A stretch of 64,000 nt of DNA, taken from the NCBI GenBank assembly GCA_028023455.1, contig JAQFVV010000007.1, positions 8,308,001-8,372,000 on the forward strand, read 5' to 3'. The first letter of the stretch is position 1. Each line of letters starts with the position of its first letter. The position numbers and the translations under genes are program-made. The notes under the pieces were generated by a model. That model worked only from the letters and a program-made list of their open reading frames with translations, ran no database searches and was not told the DNA's origin. Source of the DNA: Epiperipatus broadwayi. Taxonomy: Eukaryota; Animalia; Onychophora. Below, one piece after another: positions 24,666 to 37,259 of the stretch.

Positions 24666-26065
24666 AAAGTTTGACAGTTTAATTTTTCATTTGATTTTTC
24701 AAATGAAAACAAATGTTTTAGAATCTTTTCTAGACACATTTATGATTTTTTTCACAAAATATGTGTGAAATATAAATTAATTTAGAAGGACAACTCAGAT
24801 TTTAGTACAAAACATTTATTTATGTTTACCAGTATAGATTATTTTCATCAATTATAAATATAAATTTATTTAAAAAAAACTTTCCTTCACTTTAATAATC
24901 TACTGAATTATTAATTTGCATTTTAGAAAATAAACTAAAACAAATATAATTTTAAAAGATAAATACATTTATACCACTGATATTGTAATTGACCAATCAA
25001 AAGTTTGGAACTCTAACTCAATCTACCAATATGGATTTTGTACTATTAAAGACAATGTACTAAAAATCAAAAAAAATATCTTTATTCAACTACAATTAGG
25101 ATTGTTATATTTAACTACAAATAAAAGCACAGGTTGTCCAAAAATTAATTAATTCCATTATCCCATAATTTGGGCTGTTATATATAACTTGAAATAACAG
25201 CATGATGCATCCAGAACTTAATTAGTTCACTCACTCAGAAATGTATGGGGTGTCAAAAATTAATTAATTCAATCTACAACTAGTGACTGGATTAATTAAT
25301 TCAATTAATTATGTTTTAGATGCCCCAATATTTTATTACTGATAAAACAAATTAAATAAAAACATGTATTATAAAATATTTTATATATATGCTGTGTCTT
25401 TTTTTCAGAAGTTTGTATAAATATATTAAAAATAATTCATTGGTTTATTACTCACGAGTTCCGTAAGAAGTTTGAGCAACTGTGATGGATTGTAATCACA
25501 ATTCTGAATCTTGGTCACTAAGGTATGACTCTCTATTCATGTGCTACTGTCAATGAGAATTCATAGTGGTAGGGTGATGATTGAAAATGTAAATAAATAT
25601 GAGCTGTATATTTAAAAAAAATAATCACGTACAAGACAATTACAAACGCTTGTTTTACAATGAAAATGCTGTTGTACGATTGGGCAGCAGTACCTTTTGT
25701 ACATCTGACAGAGAATCCAAAAACAAAAAGACCATGTATCTAGGTGAGATGAAAAATCACTACAAGAAGATTGTGGATACTTTTTTGCCTCTTTACTTAG
25801 ACAGCGTAAAAATACGTATGTTTGTGTAAGACATATATAATTAATATACAAATTTAATAACAACAATAATTAAACAAATTTTGCACTGGGAGGAGGGAGG
25901 GTCTGCAGGGTTTCAGCCCTTAAGGACAGGCTGCCATTGTACTGCAATAAAAATAATATATATTTACTTATTACACTATTTCATTCAGTGAACTGAACAT
26001 TTATAATATAAGTAAATAGAGGCGTTTGAATTTAGGATTTTTCAGTCTATATTCATTAAAATCTT

Positions 26066-26244
26066 AAACTGGATTTCAAGAGATTGTAAAAGACCCAGAA
26101 AGAGACCACATGCGAGATGGATGGATGAAATAAAAAAAAAAGTGTGGAGGGTGATGTGGAGAAGAGAAGCTAAAGATTGGAGATGGATTGAACTTGGGAG
26201 AGACCTTCATCCTGCAGTGGATTGATAATGGTTGATGATGATGA
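26066..26244 (+). mobile_element. RTE-clade LINE 3' end fragment
   Basis: KRPRKRPHARWMDEIKK...ETFILQWIDNG* with a (GAT)n tail. Homologous to 20799-20973. Confidence 0.8.
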
Positions 26245-26269
26245 TTCATTCTCTATTCTATTTCAAATA

Positions 26270-26410
26270 ACTGATACATATGACCACACACATGCAAAAA
26301 AAAGATAAAATCCCCAACATACATATTTCTGCAAAAACAGGACTCATCAGTTGGGCCAAATCATAATCTCCCACACATATATACAATCAGTGTTCAGCTT
26401 ATATTAAGAT
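26270..26410 (-). mobile_element. Hammerhead-bearing short repeat, subfamily A, minus strand
   Basis: The minus strand reads GGCCCAA-CTGATGA-GTCCTG-TTTTTG-CAG-AAA-TATGTA-TG-TTGG: intact CUGAUGA core, short deletion before GAAA. Confidence 0.65.
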
Positions 26411-26427
26411 AACAATTCCATAAACTT

Positions 26428-26620
26428 TAATGGACAGGCTCATTGTACATATGTGTGAGAGATTGTAATCTGGGCTAACTGAAGAGTGCTGCCATGGCAC
26501 GAAATATGTACATTGGAGATCATCTATCTTTTTTGCATGTATGTGGTCATGTGTGTCAGTTGTTTGAGATGAAGTAGAGTATGAACATAGACTGAAAAAT
26601 TCTGAGTTCAAATCCTTCTG
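26428..26620 (+). mobile_element. Hammerhead-bearing short repeat, subfamily A, best-preserved copy
   Basis: CTAA-CTGAAGA(26479-26485)-GTGC-TGCCATG-GCAC-GAAA(26501-26504)-TATGTA-CA-TTGG. B-box-like GAGTTCAAATCC at 26604-26615. Confidence 0.7.
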
Positions 26621-27589
26621 TTTATTATATTTATAAGTGGCTACTAACACATTGAATCATTTTATGCATAGGCTCTCCCTAGAACCATATTTATATTTTC
26701 CAACCTCTTTTCCCTACCATTTTTATTAATCATCTCATTTTAAAAAAAAAAATGCATAAGGAAGTTTTAATAAGTAATCAAAACTTTTTTAAAAAAAATT
26801 ATGCTATTATTTATATTAAAGAACAATAATTAATAAAAGTGCGTTTGTTATAAGTCGACTTTTTACAATATAATCTTAAATATAAATCAAAGACATTCAG
26901 TTCTATCGGAGAACTGTAATTCTTTCAAATTACAGATGTAGGAGAGAGAAAATGACTGTAAGACACTTTAATCGAGTAATATAAATTATTATAATTACAT
27001 CCATTTAGTAGGACTTTCTTTTAAACTAGTAATTTGAGTATTAAAAGCATTTCAAAATAATTTTAATAATTTTATCAAGTTTGTAATAATAACATCTAAG
27101 CAAAGAGTTACAAAACTGAATACTTTCTTTCACAAAGAATGGGGGGGGGGGGATTTTTTAAAATTATTTTTAATGATTTTTTTTAAAAACAAAATTAAAA
27201 AGAATGTAATTAATAGGTATGAAAGATCGTCAAAGAAATTATAAATAAAACACAAGGTACGAAATAAAGACTGCTAATTTTTAAACAAACTTTGACAAAA
27301 GTTTTAATTAACTCCAGCAGGGAGGAAGAAGGATTTAAATATTCATAATAAATATTAAACAATGCCTTATATTCATATATACACTGCATTACATTGTGTT
27401 TATATAGTCCAGATATTACCTCCTTGTAGAACAAACAATGTGGATTATGTTCACTAAAGATCCTAATAAAAATATGACTATCTACCTAAGCTGTCTTTCA
27501 GTGTCACAATCAACAAAAAATTTTAGGAGCTCACATGTCTGGACCATAATACGTAATACTGTATCTCATATCTTAACATATGATTGACC

Positions 27590-27900
27590 GATATGTTAAC
27601 ATAAAATTTTGTTTAAACTGAGCAAAACTACTACTAAAATATTTGAAATGGTGACAATAAAATTATGAATCACAAGAAAGTTTTTTTCAGTTTGCAAAAA
27701 TATCATGATGGAAGGGAAAGTAACCAAGTTTGATCCATGAAGGTATGAAGCATATTGTCATATATGTTGTACTTTGAACTTTGACATGCTAGCACCTTAG
27801 AAAATTTTGTAACTAATAGACTTATGTTGCTAAATAATATTTACATTGATTCAAAGACAGCATCATAAGCAGTTTGGAATGAGAATCGGTAATTTTTCAT
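27590..27900 (+). pseudogene. Mariner-type transposase N-terminal relic
   Basis: CATAAAATTTTGTTTAAACTGAGCAAAACTACTACTAAAATATTTGAAATG resembles IKFCFKLSKTTTKIFEM with a frameshift. Confidence 0.5.
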
Positions 27901-28770
27901 TGCGACACACCAAGAACACAACTTAGTTTATGCCAAATTTTCAACAATTCGTTTTAGAATGTGTAGATTTATTACATTCATTCTCTTGCATTACAACACC
28001 TATTTTTTATTTGTACGATATCATACATATGAATTTGCCATGCATGGTTTAGGGAAGTGTTAAAGTAATAGAAATATGGAACTCAGGGTTCATGCTTCTT
28101 TAATTCTGGATTATCTGCACTACAGTAAACATTCAATTACTATTGTTATTATGAGTACTAGTAGTAAGTAGTAGTAATAGTAATTAATATCAAAAGTTAT
28201 GAAATTATGATTACTAATACTATTGATTAACCATGGGTAAAAACTATAACATAATTATCATATACCATACAAATATTGCAGTACATATCTTGATCATTCA
28301 TCATATGCATAAATTCTCACTCTAGAAAAAAAAGATAGACTAAAGAGTAAAAAGTTAAAGATAATGTTGGCAATGACCATATGTACCATTCCTATGCCCA
28401 CATAAACAACATGATTAAAAAAATCTATAAATTGCCTATTACCTGCAATGCAGACTTTTAATCTTCTTTGGTGATAAACTTTTTTTATTGATAAACTTTG
28501 ACCACTTAATTGCAACTCTCCATTATAATCTATTCTTAGCAATATTGCTATTTCCTCCCAATGAAAATAATTGATATTGCACTCTTTTACAGTGTCTTTG
28601 TAACAATTTTTATATTGCAAATGAAAACTCTTTTTTCCACTAAAATTCTATTCAAATTCAAAAAAAAAAACTCTTTAAAAAAGTTTGTTTAGAGTTTCTT
28701 GAATTCACATATTCATTACACTGAATATATATATTTACAGCTGTGATTTAAATGATTTTAAGTACTGAAA

Positions 28771-28810
28771 AGTTATGAAGAAGGCTGTTGTATAGTCAAA
28801 ACTGACAGCT
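28771..28810 (+). ncRNA. Isolated degenerate hammerhead-like motif
   Basis: AGTT-ATGAAGA-A-GGCT-GTTGTAT-AGTC-AAAAC-TGAC-AGCT. Stems I and II can pair, but core positions are mutated. Confidence 0.3.
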
Positions 28811-29357
28811 ATTTTGGAGGTTCAAATGCCTAGAAGAGCCGAGTGGTATTGACTATATATATATTAGTAGTAATGTCAGTATCATCAAAATCACAAGCTG
28901 AAAAACATTGGTAATCTGGTTGTGTTTTTTTTAAGAATCTCATAGAATACCCTTAAATAAAAAGTTTCCAATATTTTCATCAAACATCTGTGATGTCTTC
29001 ATTTCATATAATGAACTTGCAAAATAACTACTTGTAATTAGTATATTAGAAAAAATTACAGCATTATAATAAAATACCAGATCTTTTAACTTATCCATTA
29101 TACCAGCAGTATACACACATCTGTATAATATTTTAACTTTAATTTTGTTTTTCCATGTAAACAGTCATCAAAATAACACTTTATTACAGCATTTTATTTT
29201 CGTTAATAATTGTTTGTAAAAATAATTCAAACTTGATATTTTTTTGTTCATATAAATATGTGTGAAAAAACTCAAACATCAACATCACACTTTATTTTGA
29301 TTTTGAAAGTTTAACATTAGTAAACATCCAGTATAAACAATATAATAACAATGACAT

Positions 29358-31030
29358 AAGATGATGATGAAATGCACTGTGACTTCTGCTTTTTCGGAGT
29401 CAGGAATCTCATAGCTACCATGCCCAGAGAAACCTGTTAGCCACTTTACCTTCATTTTCCATTCCTCACCTTAAGTTTTCCCATATTCTTCTCTATCCTA
29501 TTCAATCCCACTTCCACAACATAATCATTGTCAACTCCATTTCCTTTATATCTAAATCCACCTTATCTTTTTCTAAACCCAGCATAGAAACCAAAAATCC
29601 ACCTACATAATCACATTGTTTTATTTTTTTCTCTATTTATTGTGCCCTTTCTACTTGGAAAGTATTTATATTCAATTAACAGACACCTAATATAATCTAT
29701 GCCTTCCTTACAGATGAAATCACCATTTTTTTCATTTACATGTATATTCCCTTGCTAATAAAGATCCTGTTTGAGCCTTAAACAGTATACTACTTTCCTT
29801 GCTATTATCATAAATTAACTGCATCCAATATTCTGTTTACTTCTATATATATTTAAACTCTTTTTATTCTCCATACTATTTCTCCATCTCTCCAACTCCC
29901 TATTCTTTATTAATGCATCTATTATTCTGTTCCATTCCTTCTGACTATTACACTTAACACAATCTTCCCACATTTTGTATAAGTATACTGACATAAATTC
30001 TTTATCCAAATCTTCTGCATATCATACCACATTTCTCACCCATCTTGTATCCAGCCCTTTACTCATAACCCAATTAAATACTATTTTGGTTATTCTCTTA
30101 TTATCCATAAATTGGAATCTACTGAACATTTTCATTTTGCTTTTTGTATCTCTAAATAAAAATTTGACCATCCCATTTTCCCCTGAATTGCCTCCTTGGC
30201 CATCCACACATCTGCATCTAATGCATGTCTTTCCACTTCTCTTTGTATTTTTCTAAATAATCTAACATCCCTTTACTTACATATGATACATCATTACAAT
30301 ATGTTAACCCTGCTACTGCCATTCTCTTCCATATAATACTAACTAGTATGGAGATATTGGATGAGTAGGCATTAGATGGGGATTTTATGCACAAGCCTTC
30401 TGGCATCCATTGATTGCTCTAGCTTGCTGTGTGTGGCATGCGTATAGTGAGTACTGCCTGTTTTAGCAACAGTTATACACAAGCATAAGAGGTGGTGGTC
30501 ATGTGATGTTTATTGCCATATAATACTAGCGACATCATATTTATTATATGAAAACACTCAATTTCTTTATCAGTCCTTTTCTTTTTTTGCTTCATTTATG
30601 AATTTTTTTCTCCCACTCAACCAAGCAAATTCTATGATTACTTAAAATGATTGCCAAATAGTTATACTTATTCACCACATTTAACTTTATATCCCCGAAT
30701 AAAATTTCTTTGTCTTCCCTTTCCCCAGTATTAATCATCATTACTTTTGATTTTTCTTCACTAAATTTAATCTCCATCTCTTTATCAACTCTTGTACATG
30801 TCTTCACAATATCTTCAATATCTTCCCTTCTTTCTGTGTGCAAGAAGACATAATCTGCAAACAAAAGACCCACTAATGTATATACTCCCTTGTCACATAT
30901 TAATGGTATCTCTACCCCTCTTCCTAGTCTTTCTATTAAAACAGTCAGATTTATACATTCACATAATAAAACCGACAGTCAAGGTAAAATACATAAAATG
31001 TGACCAAAATGGAATAATTATATCCCAAAT
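29358..31030 (-). mobile_element. Longest copy of the (CATCA)n-tailed LINE, 5'-truncated within the RT
   Basis: RT domains 5-7 GLLFADYVFL...EMEIKFSEEKSKVM...YNYLAIIL (ORF 30592-30873), then WKRMAVAGLTYCN and ERWRNSMENKKSLNIYRSKQ. The tail is ATGATGATGAAATGCAC on the plus strand. Clade not resolved. Confidence 0.88.
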
Positions 31031-31604
31031 CTGACCAAGCTTTTACTCATTCACCATTACTCCACAAATTAACACCTTATAAATTACATTTCTGAGGTTA
31101 CACATTGGTCTCAATTTCTTCTACAAGCCAGCTCTGAACAGGGAGAAACATGAGCCTCAGAAACAGACTAACAATTTAACTAATAGGGTTAAAATAGGCT
31201 ACTTAACACACTGATTAATTGTAAGCTAAAGTCAACACCAATGATATCTCACACATATAACAATAATAATAATTGGAATTAGATTGTGAGCAAGAAAGAT
31301 ATGAAATGAGTATAATTTTAACTAGGTTTATTAAATCAATAAAATAAAATCAAACAAAACAAAAAAATGACAATAATTATATAGTATTAAATATGTGGGA
31401 TCAATGCACACAGGCTTCAATAATGGATGAGATTAAATTATTACAATGATCTCACCTTAACATATTTAGATAGGTGGGGTGTACATGCGATTACAGAGCT
31501 ATGCCTATTTCAGTGATATGGCAAACCTAAATATATATCATTTGCCAATTTTACAAGTGCATATACCAGCCACAGATAGATTTCTAAATACAGCACTAAG
31601 ATGC

Positions 31605-31747
<143 letters not shown>

Positions 31748-32519
31748 GATTGAGCATTTAATTAAGCTAAGGGAAGATACAGATTCAGTCTAATAACCAA
31801 AGATTCAGGTTTCACACAAATGCTGCATAGTTATTAAACATGGAGAAAGAACTGGTTGCCTTAAATCCACATATATATGCAATAGCACTGACTACAATAT
31901 TAAGAAATAAGTTTGTGGTGCAGGTGAGCAATTATTCATGGGGGTTTGCATCAAAATGTGTGGTACCCTAGGATTGGACAGCTTGCTACAATTAAAATAT
32001 GAACAGTTCAGGTTCAGGAACTTGGATAGGCTTTATACATTTCAATAACAGTTTTGCCCAGTTTAATATAAAATTCAATATTAGTACATTGATCCACTAT
32101 GAGTTAAGAATAAGGAACACTCAGTTACATTTCATGTCATAACCTGTGATTCTGATTAAATTTTGGAGTAAATAGCTCATTTCATGGTGTAAGGTGTTAA
32201 TGCAGAGATGGAACTCTAGGCAGCTTAGAGAAAGAACCAGTATAAAGATAACCACTTTCATCCAAACAGAGTAGTAATTTAAATTATTATGTACATTAAA
32301 TAAACCATTTGTATGTGCATGTGCTGCATTGCCTATATCCATTACATCAGCATTTCCCTACCTTTTTCTTTTGTGGACTGGCAAATGACCTGGAAAAATT
32401 TCAAAGACCAGCAAGTTTACAAAATAAGTGTTTTGCAAAATTATTTTTTTTTATTGTATTGATTACAAACAAAAAAAAATCAAATAAAAAAAAAAAAAAT
32501 TAACAAACTGCTTGAAATT

Positions 32520-33370
32520 CATGGTTCATGCACCTGAACTCAGCTGTACCTAGATCTCACAATCTTGTATGCTCATTTCTATCTTGGAACCACACTCTAC
32601 ATAAGCATGAAGTATCCTGCAAGACAAACATAGACCTATACATAAAAGAGTTAAAATTGGTTGGATTTAAACATAGTTTTTTAAAAAGAAAAGACCCAAG
32701 TTTACAGAAAATTAAGTTCTACCCCCCCCCCACCCATTGATGATAGACTATGGATTCTTCTTCCACATATACCTACCTTAACAAAAACCTTAAAAAAAAC
32801 ATTCTCTTCAACTTATGACCTTGCTTTCTGCATCGTCCTTCAATTTATAGACTAGTAAACAACTTCAAAGATAAACTTCAACTCTACCCCCCCCCCATTG
32901 ATGATAGACTATGGATTCTTCTTCCATATATACCTACCTTAACAAAAACCTTAAAAAAACATTCTCTTCAACTTATCACCTTGCTTTCTGCATCCTCCTT
33001 CAATTTATAGACTAGTAAACAACTTCAAAGATAAACTTCAACCTGAACTTATCACTAGCACTGTTTATAGAATTAAATGCCCCCAAATTGGATATCAGTC
33101 AATCTATTATAGTGAATCCTGAATATCCTTGTCTATATGCTTTTCCCAGCAGCAATATTTATACAAAAGAGCCTCAGATAAGCCTGAACATAGCTCTATA
33201 TTCCTTAAGTACCAAAAGGTGACAGGACATCAATTTATCCTCTTCTATGCAACCATTCAATATTGAAAAGAAATTATTCAAATAAAAAGATAAAGAAGGC
33301 TTGTTATATAGCCAATAATATGAATGTTTTCAACCACTAGAGACTCATCCTTCCCTCTCTCCAAAAATGG
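32520..33370 (+). pseudogene. Decayed Penelope-like element (RT thumb/linker and GIY-YIG remnant)
   Basis: Broken translation ILLPHIPTLTKTLKK...KDKLQPELITSTVYRIKCP...YYSES...HSSIFL...TGHQF follows the PLE linker and endonuclease layout. Confidence 0.6.
32718..33042 (+). repeat. Direct tandem duplication, ~165-bp unit x2
   Basis: TCTACCCCCC...GATAAACTTCAAC at 32718-32882 and 32883-33042, near-identical. Confidence 0.92.
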
Positions 33371-35604
33371 ACCTCTAATTAAAATATTTAACACTGAATT
33401 TAAATGTCTTCAAAATATATAGAATAACACCCATCTCTCCATTATTATTCTATTTCATCTTGTTATGAATATGAAAACACCATAAGTTCTCCAAAGTGCT
33501 AAGCCATATTTAATTTATAGAAATAAACTTCTCTATAATTGCATATAAGTGTATTATTACATTTATTACATTCCTTAAAGAAGGAGTATAAACAGTTAAC
33601 ATCATAACAAATAATTAGTAAAACAAGTAACACATTAACATGAAATAAAATATCACATAATACAAAGGGTTAGGGCATTTTTCAGTCCAGGTGTCATGAT
33701 AAACCCAAATTTTAGATATTCTTTATCATAATTTTGAATAAAATCACCTTTTTTTATATACATTTCCTGACAATTTCATCGCCTAGTTTGTCTTTAGTCA
33801 TCTACGTCAGTAGATGTAATGATAGGCCAATTGATGTTTTCATTTTGTTTTTCTTTGTCAGTATTGTTGACATTAACATTAACTTTTTTGAAAATTGTGA
33901 AAATAGATTGTTGTGTCATTTTAAAGAGGTTACGCAAAAAAAAAAAAAAAAAAATTAAAATAAAAGTCCAAACACTTTAGCTACTTTTACCGAAACGAAC
34001 AGGTTGAAACAATGCAATATATTTTATGTGCATGCATTAATTGACATACAAATTTGAATAAGACGATTCGGTTTACTTTTACATGAATGTTGAAGACCGG
34101 CAAAAAAATTACGGATCTTTGGAAAACATGACCTCATACTGTAGAACAATTGCAAAAACGAAAATATTCAAAACATAATGTACTTTTAATGCTGATTTCA
34201 ATCTGTTTTTAAAGTTTCTCTTATCAGCTAAGATTTTTAAATGTCATGAAGTAGATTTCTTTTTTTAAAAAAAAAATCCATGTATTTAATAATTTCATTA
34301 AAAAGATGCCATAACTTGAACAGTGACTGATTACTTCTAGACTAACATTTGTCTTGAATATCCCTTTTTAAAGAAGTCACCATAATTATTTTCCATATTG
34401 AGGCTCCAAGGGTCAATAACATTTCTCATTTCTAAAATATAATGACAATTCTACATTTCATGTCTGGTATAGGCATCATTTATGAAACAATGACCAATAG
34501 TGAGCCTAAAAATATAATTTTAAGGTTTCTGCTGCAACCTACTCCTTGATAAAAAATTTAAAAGCACTGATCTTACAAAACATTTGTGTAAACATATTTG
34601 ATAGTCTACCAAACATAACTTTTTTCTTAATTCTCACATCTCTTGACAAATTTCATGACCATAAATTTACAAAAAAAAAAGATACAAACAATTTCTGTAA
34701 TTATAGGGACATTTAAACTTGATTCTCAAATTCTGCATGTATATCAACTTTGCGTTTCATTTATTGATTTAACAGTTTTCTGCAATTTCTAGTTTGATGT
34801 ACAAAGAAAAAACATTTTTCAGAGATATTTATGTGATTGGTCACAACATTCTCTGTTCCTGAATAGATGCTTATTTTTTCCAATTCTTTACCAATGTCCT
34901 AAAAAAAAAAAAAAAGCAGTATTTGGAATAACCGGATTTCTACTTAATAAAAAATTAATCTGTATATATAATTCAAATAGATTTCTGATCGCAAATGTTC
35001 TAAAAACATCTCTTTCATGTTCTCTGTGCATGTAATAGGTACAGAAGCAAATTCCCTTGATGGTATGATCATTTTTACAAGTAAAATTCCAGCTTGTGAG
35101 AAAGATTCTTTGAATTTGACATGATCACACTGTAAAAATAAACAAAGATTCTTATCATAATGCAACAAGACAACAATTTGGTTTCCTTCTAGGATATATT
35201 CCAATCCCCAACAAATGCATTCAGGTTTTTTTTTGAGACAAATCACAAGAATATTAGTAAGAATTGAATGATTTATAACTCAGGTGTTCCAAGAAGTTGA
35301 GCATCAAAAGATTACAGAGCTGGGCCATGATCTCATGACCTTCAATCTTCAGTCTGCCAGTCTACCACCACACTTTATTATAGTAGGACACAAATAATTG
35401 GATGATTTATTTCAAAGAGACTTCATAAGACATTTGAACTCTGAAGGTAATGGAATTGTGTCAATATTCACAATGCTTCAGATTCTGATATTTTATCCCT
35501 ACCCCGAGTTATTCTGGGAAAATACCTAAATGATTTATTGCTCAGAAGTTTATACAAAAATTTAAACACTTGAAGTATTGGTACTTATGTAATATACCAC
35601 AAAC

Positions 35605-36574
35605 ATGCCAGCCATTTAATTTTAAATAATCCATCTTCAGGGCTTCTAACACATAGTATAAACTATATGGGTGAATATCATAATCAATATTTACTTTTTG
35701 TTTATTTATTAAAATGATAAATAAAAGAAACACAAAAGTCCAAAAAATTGTAATTTTTTTTTTTTAATGTAAATTCATTACACCAGTTGTAAACTTCCTT
35801 AATGCACTCACAAATGATATTTTGGTGCCTTCTAACCACATTTCTTTCTAAACACATCATTGCATCTCTATTTGCACATAAAGTGTTATATAAGGCCCAT
35901 CGTGAAATAAAAAATGTAAATGATTACTTCGACCCTGAAAATTGTTTACATTTTTTTTCATGAACATGTATAGCTTGTTAACTTTAAAAATTATTAACAA
36001 ATTTATTCTAAATTGAATGTTAATTTTAAAACAAAAAATTGAATACATTTTTTAATAAATTCCATTCATAATTTAACATCCAAATATTAACACATGGTGA
36101 ACACTTAACTCATCGTGAATAGATAACACATGGTTAAAATTATGATTATTTTTTTAGACATTTGGTAGCATGTGGTGATTTTTGGAAATGTGATTAAAAT
36201 TTGTAATCTTTCATTGACACAACAAGATGCAGTGGATATTTCCAAAATTAGAGGATAGTGTCTGCCTGAAAAGTGTGTATTATAATGGGTGGGGTTGGAA
36301 GGCATCAAAATATCGTTTGTGACTGCACTGAGAAAGTTTACAATTGGTGTAGTGATTTACATTTTAAAAAAATTAATTACAATTCTTTGAACTTTTGTGT
36401 TTCTTTTATTTATCATTTTAATAAATAAATAAAATGAACTTTTGTGTTTCTTTTATTTATCATTTTAATAAATAAATAAAAAGTAAATATTGAATATGAT
36501 GTTCAGCCATATTGTTTACACCATGTATTGGAAGCCCCTGGAAATGGATTATTTAAAATAAAATGGCTGGCAAG
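35605..36574. repeat. Inverted repeat pair (~230-280 bp arms, ~450 bp spacer), possibly PLE termini
   Basis: 35605-35837 is the reverse complement of ~36295-36574 at roughly 80% identity. The minus copy contains CCCTGAAGATGG, resembling a hammerhead 5' half. Confidence 0.7.
36388..36481 (+). repeat. Exact 47-bp tandem duplication
   Basis: TGAACTTTTGTGTTTCTTTTATTTATCATTTTAATAAATAAATAAAA x2. Confidence 0.95.
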
Positions 36575-37259
36575 CTTTCAACAGGCATACTATTTAAGTA
36601 TGATGTATTGGACTGAACCATGATCCATGGATGAGAATTTTAAAGTCTGTCACTCCGCTACTACAAAGAACCAGATACAGTTAAAAATAATTGAATATCT
36701 TTATTGCTTTGAAGAACAAATATATTACATATAGTCCAAGCTCATTTGATAATACAGAAATATAAATATATACTGTGGGGGTTTGGGGTTTTCCTACAAT
36801 AATTGGAATAGAATAAGGCATGTAATATGAACAATTTAGCTCCCCTGCAGAGAAGTCATGTTAATCATTATCATTTTCAACCATTATCAATACACTATAG
36901 GATGAAGATCACTTCAGGTTTAATACAGTTACTCCAATCCCTATCCTCTTTTTTCACAGCATACCAACAAACGTTTTTATTTCATCCTCACATCATACAT
37001 ATGGTCTCTTTCTAGATATTTTCAAATTATTGGGATTTTCCAAATTATTGGAACCCATTATAAAAGGTCAACTGTTTATCTACTATCATCTCTTCCAGCA
37101 ATATGAGTACCCCATTTCGGTGCCATTTATTTATAAGAACATTTCTGCGTCATTCAATTATTTCAATATTATCAGTTATAGCTGTTCGTTTGTTCATTTA
37201 TTTAAAAATATATTTATTGACATAATAAAATTGTACAGGTGAATAATAAATACACTTTG

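Noticed and set aside
25135-25275. Two direct copies of GTGTC.AAAAATTAATTAATTC resembling Tc1/mariner TIRs
   Set aside because: Same orientation, very short, with no partner end or TSD.
34700-35246. Minus-strand ORF 34944-35246 and a downstream poly-T acceptor suggesting host exons
   Set aside because: Frames end in stops without donors, and the peptides match nothing I recognise. Needs RNA-seq.
35300-35375. tRNA-Phe-like AGACTGAAGATTGAAGGTC on the minus strand
   Set aside because: No cloverleaf or intact B-box. At best an eroded SINE head.
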